From a virus: a DNA stretch of 45,375 bases. Of this stretch, positions 20,177 through 30,021 are shown piece by piece (position 1 is the first letter of the stretch; every line of letters starts with the position of its first letter). The translations under genes and the position numbers were made by a program. Location: positions 134,123 through 179,497 of IMG/VR virus record IMGVR_UViG_3300002920_000062; one strand, given 5' to 3'. The notes under the pieces were generated by a model. That model searched no databases. It was not told where the DNA came from and was given only the letters and a program-made list of their open reading frames with translations.

Positions 20177-21210
20177 AAACAGCAAAAATTGAAATAAAGG
20201 ACGAAGTCAATGTAAAGATTCATGATTTAGAGGCCCAAGACAGGCGTGCTCTAATGCGCAAGTTCGAGTTTGAGGTGCCGGGCGCAAGGTTCCTTCCTGC
20301 CGTCAAGATGGGCAGATGGAACGGCAAAACAAGTTTTTTCTCACTTGCGGGCAGCACCTATGTAAACTTACTAGAAGATGTCATAACATACCTTTATGAC
20401 AACAATTATGATATTGAACTTACTGACAATCGTATAGTTAGAGAAAAATTAGAGTTTGACAAGGTAGAAGCGAACAGTTTTGCTCATGTAATGTGGCCCG
20501 AAAATCACCCAGCTGCTGGTCAGCCCATCGTGCTGCGAGATTATCAAGTTGAACTTATAAACAACTTCTTAGAAAACCCGCAATCAATTCAAGAAGCAGC
20601 CACTGGTGCAGGAAAGACCATCGTTACCGCAGCACTATCTTCTAGAGTTGAGAAGTATGGCAGAAGCCTGGTAATTGTGCCAAACAAGAGTTTAGTTACA
20701 CAGACCGAAGCCGATTATATCAACATGGGTCTGGATGTTGGTGTATATTTCGGGGAGAGAAAAGAAGTTGGTAGAACACATACTATATGCACTTGGCAAA
20801 GTATCAACGCACTACTAAATCACCTATCTAAGAAAAGCGAGTTTGAAGAACATCAGACAGTCGTGGATGCGTTCTTTGATAATATAGCTTGTGTCATTGT
20901 TGATGAATGCTTTCATGGTGATAGTAAGGTACTAACGCCAAATGGATATATTCCTATAAAAAATCTAAAAGTCGGGGACAAAGTAATTAATTACTCAGAA
21001 AATAACCACTCTTTCAAAGAGGATATAATTGTTAAAAAACATGTTAATTTAACAGTGTCTTCTACTGAAAAAATGTATGAGTTAGAATTTGATAATGGGA
21101 TTGTTATTAGGGTAACTGGAAATCATAAGTTTTTAACTAATTATGGCTGGTGCAGAGCAGACCAGCTAACGGAAAATCATGAGATTATTCATCAAGACAT
21201 AAATATATGA
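20173..21210 (+). CDS. uvsW: UvsW-like SF2 helicase N-terminal fragment fused to split-intein IntN
   Basis: LRDYQ, ATGAGKT, IVPNKSL, CVIVDE then intein CFHGDSKV. Confidence 0.92.
   Translation: MKTAKIEIKDEVNVKIHDLEAQDRRALMRKFEFEVPGARFLPAVKMGRWNGKTSFFSLAGSTYVNLLEDVITYLYDNNYDIELTDNRIVREKLEFDKVEANSFAHVMWPENHPAAGQPIVLRDYQVELINNFLENPQSIQEAATGAGKTIVTAALSSRVEKYGRSLVIVPNKSLVTQTEADYINMGLDVGVYFGERKEVGRTHTICTWQSINALLNHLSKKSEFEEHQTVVDAFFDNIACVIVDECFHGDSKVLTPNGYIPIKNLKVGDKVINYSENNHSFKEDIIVKKHVNLTVSSTEKMYELEFDNGIVIRVTGNHKFLTNYGWCRADQLTENHEIIHQDINI
20908..21207 (+). mobile_element. Split intein N-fragment (100 aa) in UvsW-like helicase
   Basis: CFHGDSKVLTPNG (block A), IKNLKVGDKV, IRVTGNHKFLT (block B), GWCRADQL, stop. 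Confidence 0.92.
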
Positions 21211-21229
21211 TGCAAAAGCAAGAGTATTT

Positions 21230-22143
21230 ATGAAAATAACTTATGAAACATGGAAAACGTTGTTAAATGAGCGGTTAGAATATTTCAATCAAACAACTAG
21301 AGTAATAGAATATAACAAACAAGAAATACGACTTTAACGATGGCACTAAATTAACCGTAACAGAATACAAAAAGTTTAAGAAAAGGTTAATGAATACTAA
21401 AACTACATTATGCATATAAAATATAGATGCTATTCTTTCTGGAAAGATAACTGTTAAACAAATTAAATCAAAATTATGTTCTATAGGAAGAAAGTCCTGT
21501 CAGAAATTACACAAAGAAACTATTAAGAAAAACCTTAATTCTGGTATCCCCTGGAATAAAGGAAAGCGAGGGTGTCAAATAGGATGGGCTCGAGGGTTGA
21601 CCAAAGATACAGACGCTAGGGTAAAAAACTTACCAAATTTGGTAAAAAAATGGCATGTTCGGTAAAAAACATAATGAGGAAACTAAAAAACTTCTTTCAG
21701 AAAAAATGAAGAAAAAAATATTAGAGGGAACATTTACACCTAATTCTAATAATAGAAATACACATTGGGAAGCAATGTTGGATAACATGAGATATCAGTC
21801 TAGTTGGGAAGCTTGGTACAATTACTTAAACTTGGGCGCAGAATACGAAACACTTAGGATTTCTTATGAATATAACGGTAGTAATAAAGTGTATATCGTA
21901 GATTTCGTGGACCATGAACAAAAACTAGTAATAGAAGTAAAACCCAAAGAACTTACGAATAATTCTCTTTTTGCTGCTAAGTGGAATGCTCTTGGTCAAT
22001 GGGCCAAAAATAATGGGTATTTACCTTTACTCGTTAATCAAACGTGGTTAGTTAGTAATACTACTAGCATTGACTATTTTAGGTTTGATAAAGGAACAGG
22101 TGATAAAATAAGGAATATATATGAAGTTAATAAAAAGAACTGA
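21230..22143 (+). pseudogene. Degenerate NUMOD3 / PD-(D/E)XK homing endonuclease between helicase halves
   Basis: ATG 21230, frameshift ~21335, in-frame TAA ~21417, PWNKGK..GLTKDTDARV, frameshift ~21630-21650, then MFGKKHNEETK...SSWE...YIVDF...VIEVKP. Confidence 0.8.
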
Positions 22144-22957
22144 GATTTCTAAGCCAAACGAAGTATACAATTTACACATCAAAAATGACCATAATTATAT
22201 TGTAGAAGGGGCAGTAGTTTCTAATTGTCACCAAGCTAAGGCCAATGTTCTAAAGGAGTTATTGACAGGCAAGCTTGCCAACGTACCAATTAGATGGGGA
22301 TTAACAGGTACTATACCAAAAGAATTGATGGATCAGGTATCATTACTAGTCTCACTTGGTCCAGTTATCAGCAAGCTTTCTGCTAATGAGCTACAAGAAA
22401 AGGGAGTCCTAGCAAAATGTGAAGTTAACATCATACAGCTTAAAGATGATAGGGAGTTTTCAAATTACCAGAGTGAGCTAAAGTTTTTATTGGAAAATGA
22501 AGACAGAATAAATGCTATTGTTGGTATGATAAACCAGATAGCACAAACAGGTAACACTCTTATATTGGTGGATAGAATTTCGGCAGGAAGAAACTTAGCG
22601 GCTAAATTACCAGACTCGGTGTTTATTAGCGGTAGTACTTCACTGACTGAACGGAAAGAAGAATATGATGAGGTTGCGACACAGGATAACAAAGTACTAA
22701 TTTGTACTTATGGAGTAGCAGCGGTAGGAATCAACATTCCACGTATTTTCAACCTAGTGTTAATTGAACCAGGCAAGAGTTTTGTAAGGGTTATTCAGTC
22801 AATTGGTAGAGGTATTCGCAAAGCAAAAGATAAGGATTTTGTTAACATCTACGATATCACAAGTAGCTGTAAGTTTTCTAGAAGACACCTTACTCAACGT
22901 AAGCAGTATTACAGAGAAGCAAATTATCCTTTTAAAGTTACAAAAGTGAGTTATTGA
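22121..22957 (+). CDS. uvsW: Split-intein IntC (35 aa) fused to UvsW-like helicase C-terminal fragment
   Basis: MKLIKR...VYNLHI...HNYIVEGAVVSN then CHQA; GLTGT (motif III), GINIPRI, QSIGRGIR (motif VI). Confidence 0.92.
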   Translation: MKLIKRTEISKPNEVYNLHIKNDHNYIVEGAVVSNCHQAKANVLKELLTGKLANVPIRWGLTGTIPKELMDQVSLLVSLGPVISKLSANELQEKGVLAKCEVNIIQLKDDREFSNYQSELKFLLENEDRINAIVGMINQIAQTGNTLILVDRISAGRNLAAKLPDSVFISGSTSLTERKEEYDEVATQDNKVLICTYGVAAVGINIPRIFNLVLIEPGKSFVRVIQSIGRGIRKAKDKDFVNIYDITSSCKFSRRHLTQRKQYYREANYPFKVTKVSY

Positions 22958-22961
22958 AATC

Positions 22962-22990
22962 TTGACATATTTATAGTATTGTGTCATAAT
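22962..22990 (+). promoter_or_regulatory. Sigma70-like promoter
   Basis: TTGACA-17 nt-CATAAT, ATG 6 nt after the -10 box. Confidence 0.7.
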
Positions 22991-22996
22991 ATAACC

Positions 22997-23497
22997 ATGA
23001 AGATATTAATTTTAGAAAATATTACTTACAACTTAGAAACATTACCAGAAGAAGTTGATGATCTAAGATTTGCTATCTTAGATAATAGCACTCCTACAAA
23101 CGTGGATTATCATTTCATTCCTTTGATATTTCTAGAGTCATTTAACAGCACGGCTTTGGTGTTAAAGATAGGTGACAAAGTTATAAAAATGCCCATAGAC
23201 TGGCAGATACTTATTGGGGAGAAAGAACACGGTGATTTAGAAGCACTACCTCTTACAAGCTTAAATGACAGGGGATTCAATGCATTTGAGTTCAACCCTC
23301 TTACATCTTTTTCCCCATCGTTTTTGCCCATAGAAATTCTTGATGTATACCCAGATGTAACGTGGTATGCGCCTAGATTAAAGAACGGACAATTTTTGTG
23401 TGTACCAATAGACGACGGAGAAAAACCTAGATGCATTTACTTTGTTAAAGAAGTCAGCAGAAATTGTGAAATTGTAGATTATTCATTAGTATTTTAA
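22997..23497 (+). CDS. Hypothetical protein, possibly Hint-like beta fold
   Basis: ATG 22997 just after promoter; beta-rich sequence. Confidence 0.7.
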   Translation: MKILILENITYNLETLPEEVDDLRFAILDNSTPTNVDYHFIPLIFLESFNSTALVLKIGDKVIKMPIDWQILIGEKEHGDLEALPLTSLNDRGFNAFEFNPLTSFSPSFLPIEILDVYPDVTWYAPRLKNGQFLCVPIDDGEKPRCIYFVKEVSRNCEIVDYSLVF

Positions 23498-23510
23498 AAG
23501 GGTGTATAAA

Positions 23511-23687
23511 ATGGAAACTGTGCTAAAGATTTACGAGAAGACTACCAACGACTCTACTGAGGTAGACGTAATGGGTGTTATTAGAACATTGTTCCCCGAC
23601 GTTTCAGTAGAAACGTTTATTGAAGAGCGTACAAAGAAGAAAATTAAGAATGGCAATAATCGGACCGGCAAACTCAACAAGAGCTAA
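23511..23687 (+). CDS. Small hypothetical protein
   Basis: Short ORF in gene-dense + strand context. Confidence 0.45.
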   Translation: METVLKIYEKTTNDSTEVDVMGVIRTLFPDVSVETFIEERTKKKIKNGNNRTGKLNKS

Positions 23688-23784
23688 AGACTTATGACAT
23701 GTCTAAATAATCTAGACATGGTACTAAATTACGCCCAATGATAGAACTGTATGGTTCAACACTCTTATATTCTAGGAAAAGAAG

Positions 23785-24069
23785 ATGAATGTATTCAAGA
23801 GAATTATTAAAGCTTGGTTATTTGACGGCCAAGATGCTGATACTGGGCGATACGAAAATATACCTAAATTAGAGTCATCTTTACTAAAATCTGGAAATTA
23901 TATTAACTTCAAGTTACATCACGCTAGCGGAGGATATGTTGTAGAATATCGTTCTTACGACCACACCGATGACGCATATACCACTTTCAAGTTAGCTATC
24001 GTTACTAACGAAGAAGATTTGGGCAAGAGACTCAAGGAAATTGTGTTTATGGAAGGTCTAGATAGATGA
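23785..24069 (+). CDS. Hypothetical protein
   Basis: 94-aa ORF with AGGA upstream. Confidence 0.7.
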   Translation: MNVFKRIIKAWLFDGQDADTGRYENIPKLESSLLKSGNYINFKLHHASGGYVVEYRSYDHTDDAYTTFKLAIVTNEEDLGKRLKEIVFMEGLDR

Positions 24070-24212
24070 ACTTTGAAATATCAAAAGATACCATTCAAGA
24101 TTTGATTGCCATGTATGGTGCAAAACTAGCTATTCAGCAAATTCAGGAAGCATTTATGGCAGCATTAGAAACTGCCATAACTGAAATTCATACGGTAAAC
24201 TATAATGCCTAA
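24066..24212 (+). CDS. Small hypothetical protein (48 aa), not in ORF track
   Basis: MNFEISKDTIQDLIAMYGAK...YNA*, overlaps both flanking genes and fills the gap. Confidence 0.55.
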   Translation: MNFEISKDTIQDLIAMYGAKLAIQQIQEAFMAALETAITEIHTVNYNA

Positions 24213-24795
24213 GCAGCATAAGTTATCAAGTGACGAAAAATTTCAAAATGTTGAGTTTGACTTGTTTGAGGCATTAGCTGCCATAGACAATAAAGATTAT
24301 GGTTACTATGATAGACTTACACCTGAACAGCAAAAAAAGTTTATACCGTTCATGCTTATTCATTGGGTAAGTGCAGTAAAGGGTAACTCTGCTCTACAGC
24401 AATATTATCTTAGAAGCACTGATAACTATGCTAATATGCACTTATTCAATGAGGTTGTAATCAAGAACCCTAAGCTACAGTGGTTGATGCTAGTGGCTGC
24501 TAGCCCAGGTCTTGGCAAACAATATCATCAGTGGATACCCCATATTAAAGAACGAGTAGCCAAACTCAAGGATCCAGCTAAGCCCAGTGAAATTAAGGAA
24601 TATTACAGAAAATTATACCCAAAAGCATCTTCCTCTGATATAAATTTGGTCACTGAGGTCTTTATAGATTCTCATAAGAAAAAGATGTATTTGGCTAACA
24701 AGTTCCCTTCAATGAAGTATGATGAAATAGAGCTATTAGCAGAAATAATCACAGATGATGAAATTAAAGAATACGAAAAAGATCACGGTAACTGA
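24205..24795 (+). CDS. Clamp-loader small subunit-like protein (T4 gp62-like)
   Basis: DLFEALAAID..K.Y, PFMLIHWVS, KLQWLML, QWIP pattern resembles the gp62 family. Confidence 0.55.
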   Translation: MPKQHKLSSDEKFQNVEFDLFEALAAIDNKDYGYYDRLTPEQQKKFIPFMLIHWVSAVKGNSALQQYYLRSTDNYANMHLFNEVVIKNPKLQWLMLVAASPGLGKQYHQWIPHIKERVAKLKDPAKPSEIKEYYRKLYPKASSSDINLVTEVFIDSHKKKMYLANKFPSMKYDEIELLAEIITDDEIKEYEKDHGN

Positions 24796-25468
24796 GAAAT
24801 TTCAATGTAAATTTTGTGACAAGCTCTTTCAGAGAGAAACCTCTTTGGATAAACATTGTTGCGAAAAGAAAAGAAGATTTCAAATCAAAGATGAACCAGC
24901 TTCACGACTGGCATTTCAAGCATGGTTAGACTTCTATAAAACTAATACCTCTTATACTAAGCAAAAAACTTTTCTTGATTTCATCAGGAGCAATTATTAT
25001 ACAGCCTTCTACAAGTTTGGTAAATACTGTATAGACGTTAAGTGTATTCAACCTCTTTTGTATTTGAAATGGTTGAATGATAATAAGGTCAGAGTAGACG
25101 ATTGGGCTAAAGATACATATTACGATAGGTTCTTGAAAGAGTATCTACGACATGAAGATCCATATGATGCATTGGCCCGAAGCATTGAAAACCTAAATGA
25201 ATATGCCGAACGTGACAACATACAATTTAATGATTATCTAAGATATGGCAATCATAACATAATATGTCATTTGATAACTAACGGTAAAATTAGTCCTTGG
25301 CTTTTATATAACTGTGTTAGTGGGCTTCAATTTCTTGATAGTCTACCAGAAGGACTTAAGATTTCAATTATTGAATATATCGACCCAGAAAAGTGGGCGC
25401 TGATATTTCATAGAAACCCCGAGATAGTAACTCAGATACGCAAGATATTGTCAGAGGGAAAGTATTAA
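24755..25468 (+). CDS. Zinc-finger-containing hypothetical protein
   Basis: N-terminal FQCKFCDKLF...LDKHCC. Confidence 0.65.
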   Translation: MMKLKNTKKITVTEKFQCKFCDKLFQRETSLDKHCCEKKRRFQIKDEPASRLAFQAWLDFYKTNTSYTKQKTFLDFIRSNYYTAFYKFGKYCIDVKCIQPLLYLKWLNDNKVRVDDWAKDTYYDRFLKEYLRHEDPYDALARSIENLNEYAERDNIQFNDYLRYGNHNIICHLITNGKISPWLLYNCVSGLQFLDSLPEGLKISIIEYIDPEKWALIFHRNPEIVTQIRKILSEGKY

Positions 25469-25640
25469 GTGATATTATGTTCCTATCAAGAGTATAACTC
25501 TTACTATAATATGTTATGTGTTAAAAACACACAATTATTAGCTTGAGTGATTAAGTAGTTAGAAGATTAATGTAGGGTCAGATTTGGTAGCTTTGATTAT
25601 AAAGTTAGAAAGTATATTCGTATATAATTATGATTTCTAC

Positions 25641-25669
25641 TTGAATCTTCATATATTTTATGTTATGCT
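25641..25669 (+). promoter_or_regulatory. Sigma70-like promoter
   Basis: TTGAAT-17 nt-TATGCT with extended TG. Confidence 0.45.
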
Positions 25670-25681
25670 AGATCATATTAT

Positions 25682-26260
25682 ATGAAAGGAATTTGTATGG
25701 CTAAACGCCATTTAATGGTAGACTTAGAAACTTTAGCAACCTCACGAAACGCAGTAGTGTTGTCAATTGGCGCTACGATATTTGACCCTACGGAAAAATC
25801 AATTATTGATACACTTTATCTTAAGGTAGATATTGAGGAACAAACACAAACCTATAACCGTTTCGTCAGTGAAGAAACTCTTAAATGGTGGAGCGAACAA
25901 AGTGAGGATGCTATTATTGAAGCAATGGGTGATGAAGGCCGTGTCAGTTATCGTGAAGCAATGGAAACACTAAGTAAGTTTGCATGGGGTGCAGATAGAG
26001 CCTGGGCAAACGGTTCAGTATTTGACATAATCATTCTTGAAGATTGTTTTGCTGACCTAGGCATGACCGTTCCCTGGCAGTTTTATAACATCCGTGACTG
26101 TAGGACAATTTATGAAATTGCCGGTGTAAGTCTCAAAGACAAGAAGTATAACACTAAGACTACTCATAAGGCTTTGGATGACGCCATTCACCAAACAGTA
26201 GTTATTCAGGATGCTTACCAAAAGCTTATCGGTCTAGGTTTAACTCATTTACTACAATGA
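25682..26260 (+). CDS. DEDDh 3'-5' exonuclease
   Basis: HLMVDLETL, WANGSVFD, RDCRT, HKALDDA. Confidence 0.9.
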   Translation: MKGICMAKRHLMVDLETLATSRNAVVLSIGATIFDPTEKSIIDTLYLKVDIEEQTQTYNRFVSEETLKWWSEQSEDAIIEAMGDEGRVSYREAMETLSKFAWGADRAWANGSVFDIIILEDCFADLGMTVPWQFYNIRDCRTIYEIAGVSLKDKKYNTKTTHKALDDAIHQTVVIQDAYQKLIGLGLTHLLQ

Positions 26261-26488
26261 ACAGCAAACAAGAAAATCCTTTGCGTTCACTTAAGAAATT
26301 AAATCTTATTCAGTCTTTCAAGCGCTGTTTTAAGATGGTATTATTGAGACAAGCTTTGAATACGTTGAGAGGTTAAACATGAGTTATTTCCTCCATTATT
26401 TTATTTGATATTGTTTTGATCATAGATTGCCTAGAACGAAACATTCTGCTAGACTATTGAACAAGAAAACGGTGTGTTAACAGTTAAT

Positions 26489-27061
26489 ATGAGAACAGGT
26501 ACAGATGTAGATATAGATGTGGCCTCGCGGGAAAAACTACTATCCCTAATTACTCATACCAGTGCGGCGATGCGAAATGTTAATCCTATACGTAAGCACC
26601 CAAGTGGTATCTATGTTTCTGATATCCCCTACGACCCTATTCACGACATGGCTGCAATAGATTATACTGAGGCCCAAGAGCGTGGATACTTCAAGATTGA
26701 CATTTTAAACGTTCATGTTTACGAACAAGTTAAGGATGAAGAACATCTAATTAGGTTGATGCAAGAACCTGATTGGTCTATGCTATACGACCCGCGATAT
26801 ATTAGAAATCTAGTTCATTTGAACAACTCATTCAACATCCTTAAAAAGATGCCTGAACCAGTTGACAGTATTCCCAGACTAGCAATGTTCTTAGCTATTA
26901 TTAGACCTGCCAAGAAGCATTTACAAGGTCTAACTTGGAAAGAGGTAGCAGAAACAGTTTGGGACAGAGAAGACGGTGAATATAGTTTTCGTAAAAGTCA
27001 TGCCATCGCATATGCCCACTTAGTGGTAATTCATTTGAATTTAATGAGAGGAATACAATGA
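26489..27061 (+). CDS. Minimal DNA polymerase III alpha (DnaE)-like protein
   Basis: DVDIDV, HPSGIYV, GYFKIDIL, LAIIRP, FRKSHAIAYA in ~190 aa. Confidence 0.8.
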   Translation: MRTGTDVDIDVASREKLLSLITHTSAAMRNVNPIRKHPSGIYVSDIPYDPIHDMAAIDYTEAQERGYFKIDILNVHVYEQVKDEEHLIRLMQEPDWSMLYDPRYIRNLVHLNNSFNILKKMPEPVDSIPRLAMFLAIIRPAKKHLQGLTWKEVAETVWDREDGEYSFRKSHAIAYAHLVVIHLNLMRGIQ

Positions 27062-27185
27062 TTTATAAAATTAGCTAGAAAAGCTAATGACAGGATGGTA
27101 GATACCCTCATAATTCAAAGGGCTCATTTAGTGGGGAAGTGATGATGTATAAAACATTGGTAAACTTTTCTACTAGACAGCCTGG

Positions 27186-27584
27186 ATGTTAGAAGTAATA
27201 GAAATAACTAGGCAAATATGTAATGGAGAAAAAGATGAAACCGTTAATCAAGCATGCAAAATCCTGCCCTATAAATATATATATATCGCGGGAGATTATG
27301 ATAATGCAGTTAGGTCAACTAGAGAATATTGTGACCAAGTTGGATATTGCGTTACCGTAACTCCAACCACTTATGTTTATACATCTGGTTCTGAATCGGG
27401 TGTTATTATAGGTCTAATTAACTATCCTAGATTTCCGGCAGATTATACAGAAATTCTTAAACATGCAACAGCAATTGCAGAGAAATTAAGGGTTGATTTA
27501 GGGCAAGAATCATATAGCATTGAAACACCAGACTCTACAATTTGGTATAGCTATCGTGAAAATGATATTATAAAGGCAGATTAA
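27186..27584 (+). CDS. Hypothetical phage protein, probable frameshift in (AT)6 tract
   Basis: IYIAGDY...CVTVTPTTYVYT..GLINYPRFP; the best RBS/ATG (27235) is out of frame by one AT unit. Confidence 0.6.
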   Translation: MLEVIEITRQICNGEKDETVNQACKILPYKYIYIAGDYDNAVRSTREYCDQVGYCVTVTPTTYVYTSGSESGVIIGLINYPRFPADYTEILKHATAIAEKLRVDLGQESYSIETPDSTIWYSYRENDIIKAD

Positions 27585-27585
27585 T

Positions 27586-27771
27586 ATGACTGAAAACCAA
27601 ATCATAGTATGGCTTTTGTTTTTGATATTGGGATTGGGGATTTGTGTAATAACTTCTTCTCCCAATTGTTTTGCTTTACTTAGTTTGGTGTTGCTTACTT
27701 ATCCTTTAATCTGTAGAGTAGTAAATACTGTTGCTAAGCATATAAATAACAAAATAATAAAAGATAGATAA
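27586..27771 (+). CDS. Small membrane protein
   Basis: Two hydrophobic segments and a basic tail. Confidence 0.55.
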   Translation: MTENQIIVWLLFLILGLGICVITSSPNCFALLSLVLLTYPLICRVVNTVAKHINNKIIKDR

Positions 27772-27780
27772 AAGTTAGCA

Positions 27781-28287
27781 ATGATATTAGAACTATTACC
27801 AGAAAACCATCCTGACTTAAAGCTTGTTTCAGAATTCTGGGATTTTGAAAAAGATGGCGATCCAGCTCAGCTGGTAACTCAATTAGGAAAAACCATGATG
27901 CTACATAACGCAGTGGGTCTTGCTGCCCCGCAGTGTGGAATTCATAAACGTATCTTTGTTATGGGCAACGATAGTAAGCTAGTTGCTTGTATCAATCCCA
28001 AAGTATTTTATCCAAAAACAGTTAAAAAAGTTAGTGACTATGAAGGGTGTTTAAGCTTTCCGGGCTTATTCATGAAGGTAAAGCGCCCAGAAATAATTAT
28101 AGGAAGCTATCAAACAGTTACTGGCGAAGTAGTTGAACGTGAAATGTCTGGACTTGAAGCTAGAGTGTTTCAGCATGAGACGGACCACTTGAATGGGATT
28201 ATGTTTGATACGTTAGTATCCAAGCTAACATTGGATATGGCAAAAAAGAAGAGAAAGAAGCATTCTATATTCTATTCACAAGAATGA
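27781..28287 (+). CDS. def: Peptide deformylase
   Basis: GLAAPQCG, EGCLSFP, QHETDHLNG; TATAAATA at 27741. Confidence 0.95.
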   Translation: MILELLPENHPDLKLVSEFWDFEKDGDPAQLVTQLGKTMMLHNAVGLAAPQCGIHKRIFVMGNDSKLVACINPKVFYPKTVKKVSDYEGCLSFPGLFMKVKRPEIIIGSYQTVTGEVVEREMSGLEARVFQHETDHLNGIMFDTLVSKLTLDMAKKKRKKHSIFYSQE

Positions 28288-28395
28288 TACTTTTTCTTTT
28301 TGGATACTTTTTGATAATTCAGAAAAAGTATGATATTATAAAATCAAAAGGAGGTTCTTGCTACTTATAATATATCGTATGTAGTGAGGAATATA

Positions 28396-30021
28396 ATGGA
28401 TAAATGTGAATATTGTAAAGTAAATGATGTATTATTAAACAAGAAAGGTAAACCTTTAAGATATTGTTCTAAAAGTTGCCAACACTCACATACTATACAG
28501 AAGAGAAATCAGACAAATATCGCAAGATATGGCACAACTAACCCCATGATGTTAGATGAGGTTAAAGAAAAGCGTAAAAATACCAATATAGCCAGATATG
28601 GCACAGACAAGCCGTTTCTATTGCCTGAAATTCAAGAAAAATACAAAGCAACTTGCCGAATTAAATTTGGAGTAGATTTTCCGTCACAATCAGAAGGTAT
28701 AAGAATTAAGCAGAAAGAGGCGTGGGTTAAGTATAAGAACAACCATCCTCTTTCAGATAACCTTATACGAAAAAAACGAGAAACAACACTATTTGACAAA
28801 TTTGGTGTTAAGCACCCCATTCTACACCCTGAAATCAAGAAAAAAATTGAACAAACCAATTTAAAAATATACGGATGCCCAAATGCTGCATCTTCTAGTA
28901 TTGTCACAGAAAAAATAAGTCAAAAATTAAATTCTTCCGAGACAAAAGAAAAAATAATTCAAACCAACTTGGAACGATACGGAGTTCCTTACTACAATCA
29001 GAAAAATATAAAAGAAGCTCTTCTAATATTAGAAGATAGTAATAAGGCCACTGAGATTATCACTACTTTGGGCATGACAGGAGCAGCCCAATTCTTGAAC
29101 GTATCAATTGATACCATTAGAAAATATGTATTAATGCATGAAATTACTATTCAGAAACGTATTAGTGATTTTGAAATTCAAGTAGCTAATTTTTTAGCAG
29201 GCCTTCTACCAAATTCTCAAATTGTCAAGAATGACAGAACGTTGATAGGAAAAGAGTTGGATATTTATATACCTGACTATAATATAGCAATAGAATGTAA
29301 CGGGTTGTATTGGCACAGTGAGTTGAATGGTAAAACAAGCAATTACCATATAGAAAAAACCAAACAATGCAAAGAAAATAATGTTAGATTGTTACATATT
29401 TGGGAAAATGACTGGAATATTAAACAACCGATTGTAAAATCCAGACTTAGCTCTGTTTTAGGAAAAAATACAACGGTTTATGCAAGAAAATGTATGATTA
29501 AAGAGGTTAATACAAAAGATACTCAAGAATTTTTATCTAACAACCACCTTCAAGGATATTGTGCTTCTTCTGTAAAATTAGGATTATATGAAAATAATAA
29601 ATTGGTGAGTCTAATGACTTTTGGAAAAAGTAGATTCACACGCAAGTATGATTATGAACTTATCCGCTATTGTAATAAATTGGGAATCAATGTAGTAGGA
29701 GGTGCAAGCAAATTATTTGCATATTTCATCAAACAATACAGCCCTAAAAATGTAGTATCATATTCTTCTATAGATTTTAACACTGGCGAAATGTATTCTC
29801 ATTTGGGGTTTAAAAAAACCCATTCATCATGTCCGGCATATTATTATACTAAAAATTACTTAGTTCTAGAAAATCGCATCAAATATCAAAAGCACAAACT
29901 AAAAAAGATATTACCAATCTACGACGACAGCCTATCAGAATGGGATAATATGAAATTAAATGGGTATGATCGGATATGGGATTGTGGCAATGATGTTTGG
30001 TTATGGGAGTCTCTTTACTAG
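28396..30021 (+). CDS. Homing-endonuclease-like protein: Zn finger, K-x-T-N-x-x-RYG repeats, PD-(D/E)XK nuclease, GNAT-like C-terminus
   Basis: CEYC..YCSKSC; repeated TNIARYG; ELDIYIPDYNIAIECNGLYWH; IWENDW; GYDRIWDCG. Confidence 0.8.
   Translation: MDKCEYCKVNDVLLNKKGKPLRYCSKSCQHSHTIQKRNQTNIARYGTTNPMMLDEVKEKRKNTNIARYGTDKPFLLPEIQEKYKATCRIKFGVDFPSQSEGIRIKQKEAWVKYKNNHPLSDNLIRKKRETTLFDKFGVKHPILHPEIKKKIEQTNLKIYGCPNAASSSIVTEKISQKLNSSETKEKIIQTNLERYGVPYYNQKNIKEALLILEDSNKATEIITTLGMTGAAQFLNVSIDTIRKYVLMHEITIQKRISDFEIQVANFLAGLLPNSQIVKNDRTLIGKELDIYIPDYNIAIECNGLYWHSELNGKTSNYHIEKTKQCKENNVRLLHIWENDWNIKQPIVKSRLSSVLGKNTTVYARKCMIKEVNTKDTQEFLSNNHLQGYCASSVKLGLYENNKLVSLMTFGKSRFTRKYDYELIRYCNKLGINVVGGASKLFAYFIKQYSPKNVVSYSSIDFNTGEMYSHLGFKKTHSSCPAYYYTKNYLVLENRIKYQKHKLKKILPIYDDSLSEWDNMKLNGYDRIWDCGNDVWLWESLY

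Noticed and set aside
26257-26480. Short ORF-like fragments in gaps (also 25469-25640 and 27058-27185)
   Set aside because: May be eroded genes, but no recognisable motif supports a call
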